From assembly GCA_963795085.1 (NCBI GenBank), contig CAWCFX010000001.1:416001-480000 (forward strand): 64,000 nucleotides of DNA. Reading direction: 5' to 3'. Below are positions 1 to 8,314 of this stretch, in pieces (position 1 is the stretch's first letter; every line of letters starts with the position of its first letter). The notes beneath the pieces were generated by a model. It was not told the origin of the DNA. It searched no databases and saw nothing but the letters and a program-made list of their open reading frames with translations. A program made the position numbers and the translations under genes. Source of the stretch: an uncultured Gemmatimonadales bacterium. GTDB taxonomy: Bacteria; Gemmatimonadota; Gemmatimonadetes; Gemmatimonadales; GWC2-71-9.

Positions 1-2
1 TC

Positions 3-1841
3 TCCGCCGGCACCGGCGATACCGCCGCCGCCTATACCCGGTATCGCCTGGCCAACCAGGGAACCACTCCCGTTCACGGAACCTTGTATCTCGCGGTCCG
101 TCCCTTCCAGGTGAATCCACCGTGGCAGTTCCTCGGCGTTCCCGGTGGCGTATCCCGCATCTCGGCCCTCGAGTGGGGACAGGGTGCGGTATCCATCAAT
201 GGAATGCCACGGGTGCGGCCCACCGGCGGCGCGTTTGACTTTGGCGCTGTCACCTTCGCCGGCGGAGACATCATCGAGCATCTTCGAGCCGGCCGGCTCC
301 CCTCCGCAACCATGGTGGTGGACTCGTCCGGCTATGCGTCCGCCGCCCTGTCGTGGCGCTTCGCGCTGAATCCGGGAGAGGCTGGCGAGGTTTTCCTCAC
401 CTTCCCGCTCGCCGATCAACCCGGGCCGGAACTCCCGGCGGCGGACCCCGGCCAACTGCTGGCCGCTACCGCGGCAGGCTGGGATAGCCTCCTGGGCCGG
501 GTGGTCATAGACCTCCCCCCCGGTGCGGCACCGGTGGAACATGCGCTCCAGACCACGCTGGCCTACATGCTGATCAACCGCGACGGCCCCGCCATCGAGC
601 CGGGGGCCAGGAGCTACCGGCGGGCCTGGATTCGCGACGGCGCGATGATCGGGAACGCCTTTCTCCGGCTGAGCCACCCCGAGCCGGTCCGCGCATTCAT
701 CGAGTGGTATGCTCCCTACCAGTATGAGAGCGGCAAGGTCCCCTGCTGCGTGGACAGCCGGGGCGCCGACCCGGTACCGGAGCATGACAGCCACGGCGAG
801 TTGATCCATGTCATCGCCGAGTATTACCGCTACACCGGCGACCGGGCGTTTCTCGAGCGGATGTGGCCGCACATCGCCCGGGCCGCGGGCTACATCGACT
901 CGCTTCGCGGCACCCGCCGCACCGCCGAATACCGGGACGGACCGAACCGGAAGTACTTCGGCCTCATGCCCCCCTCCATCAGCCACGAAGGCTATTCCGC
1001 CAAGCCGGTCCACAGCTACTGGGACGACTTCTGGGTGCTGCGTGGCCTGGCCGACGCGGTGGACATGGCGGCGGTGTTGGGGCGAAAGGACGAGCTGCCG
1101 CGGCTCCGCGCCCTGCACGCCGAGTTCCGGCACGACCTGCACCAGTCCATTCGCCGCACCATGCAGGAGGCCGGCATCTCCTACATCCCCGGCTCGGCCG
1201 ACCTGGCCGACTACGATCCCACCTCGACCACGGTCGGGCTGGAGCCGGCGGGCCAGCTGGACTCGCTGCCAGCCGAGGCGCTGCGCCACACCTTCGACCG
1301 CTACCTGCGGGAGATCCAGGCGCGGGAGGACTCCTCCGGCTGGGACGCGTACACGCCATACGAGTGGCGCAACGTGGGCGCGTTCGTACGGCTGGGAGAG
1401 CCGGATAAGGCCTGGCGGGTATTTCAGATCCTCTTCGCCGGACGCCGCCCGGCGGCGTGGAACCAGTGGCCGGAGGTGGTGTACCGCGACAGCCTGGCCC
1501 CGCGTTTCCTCGGCGATCTGCCGCACACCTGGGTGGGCAGCGACTTCGCGCGGTCGCTGCTCGACATGATCGCGTACGTGCGCCACTCCGACAGCGTGCT
1601 GGTGATCGGGGCCGGCGTGCCGGCGGAGTGGGTCACCGAAGCGCCCGGCCTCACAGTGCGCGGCCTGCCGATCGGAAGGGGAAGGCTCGATATCCGGATG
1701 ACGGCAGACAGTGTTGCCCTGGAGGGAAGTGTCCCGGTGCCGCCGGGTGGTATCCTGGTTCGGAAGCCGGGGACGACGGAGTTCCTGCGGGTGGGGCGAT
1801 TGCCGTTCCGGGGGGGATGGGTAGTGGGCGCGCGGCGATGA
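3..1841 (+). CDS. Six-hairpin (GH15/GH65-like) glycoside hydrolase, C-terminal part of a probable discoidin-domain protein; 5' end lies outside the window
   Basis: Frame is open from base 3. Motifs PGARSYRRAWIRDG, EHDSHG, SISHEGY, HSYWD and GDLPHTW are typical of (alpha/alpha)6 glycosidases. Next to a GH1 gene and a sugar ABC ATPase. Confidence 0.75.
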   Translation, partial: SAGTGDTAAAYTRYRLANQGTTPVHGTLYLAVRPFQVNPPWQFLGVPGGVSRISALEWGQGAVSINGMPRVRPTGGAFDFGAVTFAGGDIIEHLRAGRLPSATMVVDSSGYASAALSWRFALNPGEAGEVFLTFPLADQPGPELPAADPGQLLAATAAGWDSLLGRVVIDLPPGAAPVEHALQTTLAYMLINRDGPAIEPGARSYRRAWIRDGAMIGNAFLRLSHPEPVRAFIEWYAPYQYESGKVPCCVDSRGADPVPEHDSHGELIHVIAEYYRYTGDRAFLERMWPHIARAAGYIDSLRGTRRTAEYRDGPNRKYFGLMPPSISHEGYSAKPVHSYWDDFWVLRGLADAVDMAAVLGRKDELPRLRALHAEFRHDLHQSIRRTMQEAGISYIPGSADLADYDPTSTTVGLEPAGQLDSLPAEALRHTFDRYLREIQAREDSSGWDAYTPYEWRNVGAFVRLGEPDKAWRVFQILFAGRRPAAWNQWPEVVYRDSLAPRFLGDLPHTWVGSDFARSLLDMIAYVRHSDSVLVIGAGVPAEWVTEAPGLTVRGLPIGRGRLDIRMTADSVALEGSVPVPPGGILVRKPGTTEFLRVGRLPFRGGWVVGARR

Positions 1842-1851
1842 ATGCAGGGCC

Positions 1852-2225
1852 GGTGTCGAGGCGCTTTAACGCAGAGGTCGCAGGACTCACAAAGAGCTCG
1901 CAGAGACAACAACCCTGATATTTCTTTCTGCGTACTCCGAGCACGCTTCGTGTGCTCTGCGTTAAGGCGCCTCGACACCATGGGGCATGGTGATGTCTGT
2001 GCCCATGGCGGGAGCCCGGGAGCCTGGGAGGTGCGTGCGGAGCCGTGAAGTGCGGGGTCGGTGTCGAGGCGCCTTAACGCCGAGTTCGCAGAACTCACTG
2101 AAAGCTCGCAGAGGACAACAACTGATGTTTCTTTCTGCGTACTCCGAGCACGCTTCGTGTGCTCTGCGTTAAAGCGCCTCGAAACCGGGAGACATGGTAA
2201 TGCCTGTGCCCAACGCGGGAAACCT
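1852..2225. repeat. Two tandem ~208-bp units, each holding a ~128-bp palindromic (REP/MITE-like) element
   Basis: GGTGTCGAGGCGCTTTAACGCAGAG ... CTCTGCGTTAAGGCGCCTCGACACC at 1852-1979, with a near-identical copy at 2060-2186. The tail CATGGTRATGYCTGTGCCCA is also repeated. Confidence 0.9.
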
Positions 2226-2236
2226 GGAGTGGGCGC

Positions 2237-3604
2237 TTAAGAGCCAGGCCTCTCAGGACCCAGGGACTCTCCATTGCTCCGGATCACCTCGGCATAGAAC
2301 CGGGCGCTCGACTTGGGGGTCCTGGCCTGGGTGGCGAAGTCCACGTGGACGATGCCGAACCGCTTGGAGTAGCCCAGGCTCCATTCATAGTTGTCGAAAA
2401 GCGACCAGGCGAAGTAGCCGCGCAGGTCCACCCCCTGCTGGATGGCGGCATGGGCGGCGCGGAGATGCTCCCGGTAGTACCAGACGCGGAGGGGATCCTC
2501 GATGGCGCCGTCCAGGGTATGCGGCGGATCGTACACCGCGGTGCCGTTCTCGGTGATGTAGAGCGGAATGGCGGGATAGCGTTCCTTGACCCAGAGCAGG
2601 ACGCGGGTCAGGGACGGCGGGTGCATCTCCCAGCCGGTCTCGGTGACCGGGTGTTGCGGCTGGGGCACGTTGCTGGACCGAAGGGGCAGGGCGGTGGGGT
2701 CGTGCCGAGTGACGCCCCGGAGATAGTAGTTGACGCCGAGGAAGTCGATCGGCTGGCGGATGAGGGCGAGGTCGTCGTCGGCGTTGGCCGGCCAGGCTTC
2801 ACCGAACACTTCTTTCAGCTCGGCGGGATGGCTGCCCAGCAGGATGGGATCGAGGTACTGCCGGTTCATGTAGGCGTCGGCCCGGGCGGTGGCCGCGAGG
2901 TCCTCGGCGCTCTCGCTGGCCGGGTACTTGGGTTCCAGGTTGACCACGACGCCGACCTGGTGTTTGCCGTTGGCGCGGTACGCCTGCACCGCCGCACCAT
3001 GGGCGCGGAGCAGGTTGTGGGCGGCGATGGGCGCCTCGAACAGGTTCCGGTGTCCGGGAGCCAGGGCGCCGTGCAGGTAGCCGCCGTCGGTCACCACCCA
3101 GGGCTCGTTGAGCGTGGCCCACATGGGCACCCGGTCGTCGAGTGCCCGGTACATGGTGGCGGCGTAATCGGCGAACCAGTGCGCGATATCCGGGTTGAGC
3201 CAGCCGCCGCGGTCGTCGAGGGTGGCGGGCAGGTCCCAGTGGTAGAGGGTCGCGGAGGGGCGGATGCCGGCGGCGAGCAGTCGGTCCACCAGCCGGGAGT
3301 AGAAATCCACCCCGGCCTGGTTGACCCGGCCGGTGCCTTCAGGGAAGACCCGGCTCCAGGAGATGCTGAAGCGGTAGGCATTGAGGCCGAGGGAGCGCAT
3401 CAGTTCCACGTCGGACTCGTAGCGCCGGTAGTGGTCGCAGGCGATGTCGCCGGTCTCGCCGTTGGCGGTGCGGCCCGGCGAGTGGGAGAAGCGGTGCCAG
3501 ATGCTGGGACCCGCGCCATCGGCCAGCGGGGAACCCTCGATCTGGTACGCGGAGGTCGAGGCGCCCCAGAGAAAACCATCGGGAAATCGGATCGGCTGGC
3601 TCAT
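2237..3604 (-). CDS. GH1 beta-glucosidase
   Basis: FPDGFLWGASTSAYQIEG, TLYHWDLP, TLNEP (acid/base), ITENG (nucleophile), DNYEW. Start set at MSQPIRF. Confidence 0.95.
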   Translation of the reverse strand: MSQPIRFPDGFLWGASTSAYQIEGSPLADGAGPSIWHRFSHSPGRTANGETGDIACDHYRRYESDVELMRSLGLNAYRFSISWSRVFPEGTGRVNQAGVDFYSRLVDRLLAAGIRPSATLYHWDLPATLDDRGGWLNPDIAHWFADYAATMYRALDDRVPMWATLNEPWVVTDGGYLHGALAPGHRNLFEAPIAAHNLLRAHGAAVQAYRANGKHQVGVVVNLEPKYPASESAEDLAATARADAYMNRQYLDPILLGSHPAELKEVFGEAWPANADDDLALIRQPIDFLGVNYYLRGVTRHDPTALPLRSSNVPQPQHPVTETGWEMHPPSLTRVLLWVKERYPAIPLYITENGTAVYDPPHTLDGAIEDPLRVWYYREHLRAAHAAIQQGVDLRGYFAWSLFDNYEWSLGYSKRFGIVHVDFATQARTPKSSARFYAEVIRSNGESLGPERPGS

Positions 3605-3621
3605 ATGATGACGGGAATGCC

Positions 3622-4713
3622 ATGGCAAACGTGAAACTCGAGTCCGTCCGGAAGAGCTTTCTCGCCGGCGGGACGACGCGGGTGGCGGTGGACGACGTCA
3701 GCCTGGAGGTGGCGGACGGGGAGTTCTGTGTGCTGGTGGGCCCCAGCGGGTGCGGCAAGAGCACCACGCTGCGCATCATCGCGGGACTGGAGAGCGCGAC
3801 CTCGGGCCGGGTCTTGATCGGTTCGCAGGAGGTCACGACGCTGGCGGCCAAGGACCGGGACATCGCGATGGTCTTCCAGAGTTACGCGCTCTACCCGCAC
3901 ATGACGGCGTACGAGAACATGGCGTTTGCGCTCAAGCTCCGGAAAATGCCGGGGTCCGACATCGACCGGCGGGTGCGGGAGGCTGCCGACATGCTGGGCA
4001 TCGGCGAGCTGCTGGAGCGCCGCCCCCGCCAGCTGTCGGGCGGGGAGCGCCAGCGGATTGCGCTGGGGCGGGCCATCGTGCGGCAGCCCAGGGTGTTTCT
4101 CTTCGACGAGCCGCTCTCCAACCTGGATGCCAAGCTGCGCCTGGCCATGCGGCGGGAGATCGCGGCGCTGCACCAGCGGCTGGCCGCCACCATGATCTAC
4201 GTGACCCACGACCAGGTGGAGGCGATGACCCTGGGCGACCGGATCGTGGTGCTCGACAAGGGGCGGGTTCAGCAGGTAGCGTCTCCGATGGAGCTGTATG
4301 ACCGGCCCCGCAACGTCTTCGTGGCCAGCTTTATCGGCAGTCCCGCGATGAATCTAGTCCCCGGGGAATTGGTTGGCGAGGCAAATGTAACGTTTCATTC
4401 GCGCGGCAACGCGTTCTCGCTGCCGCTGGGTGGCCGGGGCGTGGGAAGCTGGGCAGGACGGGAGGTGGTGCTCGGCGTGCGCCCGGAGCATGTCCACCTG
4501 GCCCCGGCCGGAGAAGGGATCGCCGCGGTGGTGGAGCTGGCGGAGCCGCTGGGAAACGAAACCCTGCTGCACGCGCGGGCGGGAGAGCACGCGCTGACGG
4601 CCCGGCTGCCCTCGGGCCCGGTGCCGGCGGCCGGGGCGGCTCTGCGGCTCGCCATTGACGGAGACAAGGTGCATCTCTTCGACGGAAAGACGGGGGAGTC
4701 GCTGGGAGCCTGA
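3622..4713 (+). CDS. Sugar ABC transporter ATP-binding protein (MalK/MsmX/UgpC family)
   Basis: GPSGCGKS Walker A, VFQSYALYPHM, LSGGERQR, DEPLSNLD, C-terminal TOBE-like region. Confidence 0.95.
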   Translation: MANVKLESVRKSFLAGGTTRVAVDDVSLEVADGEFCVLVGPSGCGKSTTLRIIAGLESATSGRVLIGSQEVTTLAAKDRDIAMVFQSYALYPHMTAYENMAFALKLRKMPGSDIDRRVREAADMLGIGELLERRPRQLSGGERQRIALGRAIVRQPRVFLFDEPLSNLDAKLRLAMRREIAALHQRLAATMIYVTHDQVEAMTLGDRIVVLDKGRVQQVASPMELYDRPRNVFVASFIGSPAMNLVPGELVGEANVTFHSRGNAFSLPLGGRGVGSWAGREVVLGVRPEHVHLAPAGEGIAAVVELAEPLGNETLLHARAGEHALTARLPSGPVPAAGAALRLAIDGDKVHLFDGKTGESLGA

Positions 4714-4727
4714 ACCGCGGCTCCTCT

Positions 4728-4758
4728 GCCCCCCTACCCCCTTACCCCCTTGCCCCCT
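4728..4758. repeat. Short octamer tandem repeat (CCCCCTTR-like, ~4 copies)
   Basis: gcccccctacccccttacccccttgccccc between the ATPase stop and the tRNA 3' end. Confidence 0.75.
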
Positions 4759-4766
4759 TTTTCCCA

Positions 4767-4848
4767 TGCGAACGCCGGGAGTCGAACCCGGACCCCTTGC
4801 GGGACAGGATCCTAAGTCCTGCGCGTCTGCCAGTTCCGCCACGCTCGC
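4767..4848 (-). tRNA. tRNA-Leu (anticodon TAG), no encoded CCA
   Basis: Minus strand GCGAGCGTGGCGGAACTGGCAGACGCGCAGGACTTAGGATCCTGTCCCGCAAGGGGTCCGGGTTCGACTCCCGGCGTTCGCA. Paired acceptor stem, long variable arm, GTTCGA T-loop. Confidence 0.97.
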
Positions 4849-4851
4849 GAG
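4810..4851. repeat. att-like 42-bp direct repeat, copy 1 (5' half of tRNA-Leu)
   Basis: tcctaagtcctgcgcgtctgccagttccgccacgctcgcgag, identical to 10803-10844. Confidence 0.95.
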
Positions 4852-4857
4852 TGATGT

Positions 4858-4863
4858 AGCATA
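4858..4863 (-). promoter_or_regulatory. Candidate -10 element (TATGCT) supplied by the island for the intact tRNA-Leu
   Basis: TATGCT on the minus strand, 9 nt upstream of tRNA nucleotide 1, inside island sequence. Confidence 0.55.
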
Positions 4864-4959
4864 ACGACTTACAGCGTTTTCACGAAATCTCAGCCAGCGG
4901 CGGTGCTGGGACAAGCGCTGGGTCTAAAGGGGCCGCTAAGTACAATCCCATCATACTCC

Positions 4960-5406
4960 TGACCTGACCCCCCAAGGACAGGGCCAGTTAGACTCGGAGG
5001 ATCCTGACCGGCCGGGAGGCCAGGAGGATCCGATGAAGGCGAAGCGGAAATACACCGATGAGCAGAGCGTCGCTATTCTGCAGGAGCATCAGGGCGGGGT
5101 CACCGCGAAAGAAGTGATCCGCCGCCACGGGATCCCGCTCGACACGTTCTACCGCTGGAAACGAAAGTATCGGGGCTTGGGCACGGCCGGGCTCCAGCGG
5201 CTCAAGGGGCTCGAGGATGAGAACCGTCGGCTGAAGGGGATGGTGGCCGATCAGGCGCTGAATATTCAAGTGCTCAAAGACGCCTTGGGAAAAGAGTGGT
5301 GACGCCAGCTCAGCGGCGGGTGGTCGTCACCGAGATGTTCACCAGCCGCCGCCTCGCCGTGCGCCGCGTCTGCCGGTACCTCGGCATCCACCGCCCCTTG
5401 CTTTAA
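4960..5406 (+). mobile_element. Truncated IS3-family element (IS407-like): left end, orfA and the first ~35 codons of orfB
   Basis: Starts TGACCTGACCCCCC. orfA at 5033-5302. Junction GGGAAAAGAGTGGTGACGCC. orfB VTPAQRRVVV...RRVCRYLGIHR then a stop. Confidence 0.85.
5033..5302 (+). CDS. IS3-family transposase OrfA (HTH_Tnp_1)
   Basis: KRKYTDEQ..ILQEH..G...VIRRHGI...TFYRWKRKY..RLK.LEDENRRLK..VADQAL...LGKEW. Shine-Dalgarno AGGAGG. Confidence 0.9.
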   Translation: MKAKRKYTDEQSVAILQEHQGGVTAKEVIRRHGIPLDTFYRWKRKYRGLGTAGLQRLKGLEDENRRLKGMVADQALNIQVLKDALGKEW

Positions 5407-5739
5407 CTACGAAGAACTCATTATCCGTGGTCCCGGTTTAGGGGCACTCTCAGGCAACGATGCGCCCGGCTGTTCCGTTGACCTCCCAACAAGGTGTCCC
5501 AAACCCGCTTGTGGTCGGCCAGCAAACCATCGAATCAGCGCCCCTGGCTGCTTACGGTCAGTCACCGCAAGTGCTCAAATGCGATATTGCCCGCCGCTTT
5601 CGCGACATTCGTTTCGTTCAGAATCATCGTAACTCTCATCCAATATCAGGATATTGACAAATATCTGACCGCATTGGGGATTTGCGTGCCACAGCTGCTA
5701 CTTGCGAAAGCACCAAGCGAGCGTCACACTGATCCTTAA

Positions 5740-6249
5740 GTGCAGTCAGAGAAACAGTTTGTATTTCGGTTGAGCCGGAAGTGCCAGATTGCCGAGGGAG
5801 CATCACTCGGGGGGCTGATGAGGGACTGTGCAGCGGCGCTTCAGATACTGGGTCATTGGGGAGAACATGCCGGCGTCGTGATCACATTTCTCCTCGATCA
5901 ACAGGGGAAAGTTGTAGGTATCGACGATGTCGTGTCTTCTTTGGGTTTCCAGAATCGGCACCAACTGGCACGGATTCTCAGGCGATCTGGTACGCCCCCA
6001 TTTGAGGAGCTGCGGGCCTGGATACAAGTGTTCACATGGGTCGTTGCATGGGAGGAAGCTGGGCTGACTCTGGAACGCTCTGCATACCTGGCAGAACGTG
6101 ATCCCAGATCATGTTATCGGACTGTTAGGCGAGTTACGCAGCTCTCGTGGTCAGTGCTCAGGCACCGCGGGTCAATTTGGCTACTGAACGAGATGGCTAA
6201 TGCCGGGAGCGCTACTCGTGAAATGACGCTTGTCGCGTTGCAACATTGA
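5740..6249 (+). CDS. Putative AraC-like helix-turn-helix regulator; start uncertain
   Basis: Two HTH-like segments (VVSSLGFQNRHQLARILRR and LERSAYLAERDPRSCYRTVRRVTQLSW) with AraC-type spacing. Sits upstream of the cargo operon. Confidence 0.5.
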   Translation: MQSEKQFVFRLSRKCQIAEGASLGGLMRDCAAALQILGHWGEHAGVVITFLLDQQGKVVGIDDVVSSLGFQNRHQLARILRRSGTPPFEELRAWIQVFTWVVAWEEAGLTLERSAYLAERDPRSCYRTVRRVTQLSWSVLRHRGSIWLLNEMANAGSATREMTLVALQH

Positions 6250-6415
6250 ACCGCAGATTGTGAACGAAGACTCATAGCGCGTGCGGTCATACTCCCTGCG
6301 AAGGCGGTTACCGATCGTGGGGCGCTCTTGAAGGCCTTGAAGTACCGGCTCGGCGTTTGAGTTGGGCGTCGGAATAGGCCTCTAGAGCGTCCAGGTAACC
6401 TTCAAGGGAGGGGAT

Positions 6416-7555
6416 ATGAAGACGCGCTGGGTGGTAGCAGTGGTTGCAGCCGTATTGCTTGCCGGCTGCAATTCAGATGGGACTGGCGATGGGCTAGCTG
6501 AGGAGAGCGATCGGGAGGCTTCCGCTGTGGCAGATGTTCACAGGAAAGTCGATAAAATCGCCTGGCAGTTTGCCTTAGCCATGGAGGCGGACAGCATCAG
6601 GCTGCTCGTGCGGGATGCGATGCGCGAGTCACCCGTTTCCGAACACAAGCTGGTACTACAGGAATTCGTGCGCACTCCGAGGGGATTGCGGGTTATGGCT
6701 GTAGCGGCCAGCGCTGGTGATCAGGATCCCGAACAACTGGAAGCGGACATTGCGCACCTTCCACCACTGGATTTTTATGTGCCAGCACGTGAGCACAGAC
6801 TCTCCTGGAAGGGCACAAAGGATATTGCCGTAGGGGCAAATGTGGATGTAGAAGCGCCACTCATTGGATATACTACTGCTGGAGTGGCGGAGAACATTGA
6901 TCGCCGGGCTGCAGCAAGTAACCTTACCTTTGTCGTGCTTCAGCCGGCAGAGCATAAATCGCAGCGAGTTGCGCCGCAAGCCGCGCGACCGGGCGCTGTG
7001 ATTCAGGATCCGGATGACGGTGAGAATAGCGGCAGCCTCACCATTAGGTATCCGGACGGAACCTCGACGACCACAGAGTTTGCCGAACTCGCGCAATTTG
7101 CTCAGTGTACTCCTGAAACCTGCCCGGAAGGCGGCGGCGGTGGAGGTGGTCAACCTGGTTCAGTACCGACTTATGTGAAACGGATAGAGATCTACGAGAT
7201 GTGCGACAACGCTAACTGTTCTGAAGGAAATGAACTCCATTTTGTCGCGACGGCAACGAATGGCACTACCTATGAACTCGTCAAGGATGACCTTCATCCA
7301 CTAACGAATTACAATGTTAATCTGTGGCAACTGGGAGTATCGCCTGCAAGCGGCTTCTTTGTCGACATCCGTGTCCGTGAAACTGATGCGTGGCCGAATG
7401 GGGATGATCATTTGTCCTACGTCACGTATTCACCGAACTTTGTAGGCGATCCTCATTTGACGCTGACTGACAACGGGTTCACATGGGGGCTAAAGGAACA
7501 GCCAAACGTGGGTGCGTTTGATGAATATAAAATAGGGGTACGTTGGGGATGGTGA
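6416..7555 (+). CDS. Hypothetical lipoprotein, two domains joined by a Cys/poly-Gly linker
   Basis: SD GGAGGGG, signal peptide with lipobox LAGC, linker CTPETCPEGGGGGGG, beta-rich C-terminal domain. Confidence 0.8.
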   Translation: MKTRWVVAVVAAVLLAGCNSDGTGDGLAEESDREASAVADVHRKVDKIAWQFALAMEADSIRLLVRDAMRESPVSEHKLVLQEFVRTPRGLRVMAVAASAGDQDPEQLEADIAHLPPLDFYVPAREHRLSWKGTKDIAVGANVDVEAPLIGYTTAGVAENIDRRAAASNLTFVVLQPAEHKSQRVAPQAARPGAVIQDPDDGENSGSLTIRYPDGTSTTTEFAELAQFAQCTPETCPEGGGGGGGQPGSVPTYVKRIEIYEMCDNANCSEGNELHFVATATNGTTYELVKDDLHPLTNYNVNLWQLGVSPASGFFVDIRVRETDAWPNGDDHLSYVTYSPNFVGDPHLTLTDNGFTWGLKEQPNVGAFDEYKIGVRWGW

Positions 7556-7582
7556 GGAAGACCTAAAGACGGGAGGGCGAGC

Positions 7583-8314
7583 GTGTCTTTGCTTGAAGCT
7601 AGCCGGCGATACATTGACGCCATACTATCGGGTCTTATGCTGCTCATGGGCACCGGCTGTAAAGGCGCGCTCGATCTTCCTCCTGGCGAGTCCAGGCCAT
7701 ACCTCCAGAGTGTACTGCAGCCGGGCGATTCCATTCAGTCAGTATGGGTGGAAGTGAGTTCGCCGGCTGAATCGTCATTTACCCCATCAATCCACCCGAT
7801 TGATCCGGCGTTGGTCAGCCTGTCGATTGTTCCATTCGCAGGACCACAAGTCCCTCTGGTGGCCGCAGCGTTGAACCCAGGAAGGTTCGATGCGACCCTG
7901 CCGGTTCAGGATGGCGAGCAGTTCAGGGTCGTGGGCACAATTGATGGAATACAGATTACAGCCAATGTCACTATCCCTGGATCATTGGTCGTAAGCGATC
8001 CCGCGACTGATACTGTTCACGTGCAAGGGGGATTATCGACGAGTCTCAGATTTCGTTGGTCATCGGCCGGTGCTTCAATCTACATCGTCGAAACCGTCGG
8101 CAACGGAGGGAGCTTACTCACCGCTGTCCGGGATACTATCGGCAGTGTTCAGATATTCCGGGTGCAGGACACGATGGCACTTGTCGTCCGGGCATACGAG
8201 GCAAATGCGAGCGAGTTTCTCTTTGTCAAAACGCCGATAAATAGAATTGCCGGCGGGTTTGGATTTATTGGTGCCGCCACTCAGGATAAGCGGTTTGTCG
8301 TTATATGGGATTAA
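7583..8314 (+). CDS. DUF4249-like lipoprotein; start uncertain
   Basis: Lipobox-like GTGC. C-terminal NRIAGGFGFIGA resembles the DUF4249 terminal motif. Overlaps the TonB-dependent receptor start. Confidence 0.65.
   Translation: MSLLEASRRYIDAILSGLMLLMGTGCKGALDLPPGESRPYLQSVLQPGDSIQSVWVEVSSPAESSFTPSIHPIDPALVSLSIVPFAGPQVPLVAAALNPGRFDATLPVQDGEQFRVVGTIDGIQITANVTIPGSLVVSDPATDTVHVQGGLSTSLRFRWSSAGASIYIVETVGNGGSLLTAVRDTIGSVQIFRVQDTMALVVRAYEANASEFLFVKTPINRIAGGFGFIGAATQDKRFVVIWD

Noticed and set aside
5460..5739. Short ORFs or an integrase remnant at the island's left side
   Set aside because: No recognisable motifs (no tyrosine recombinase R-H-R-Y pattern) and no clear SD.
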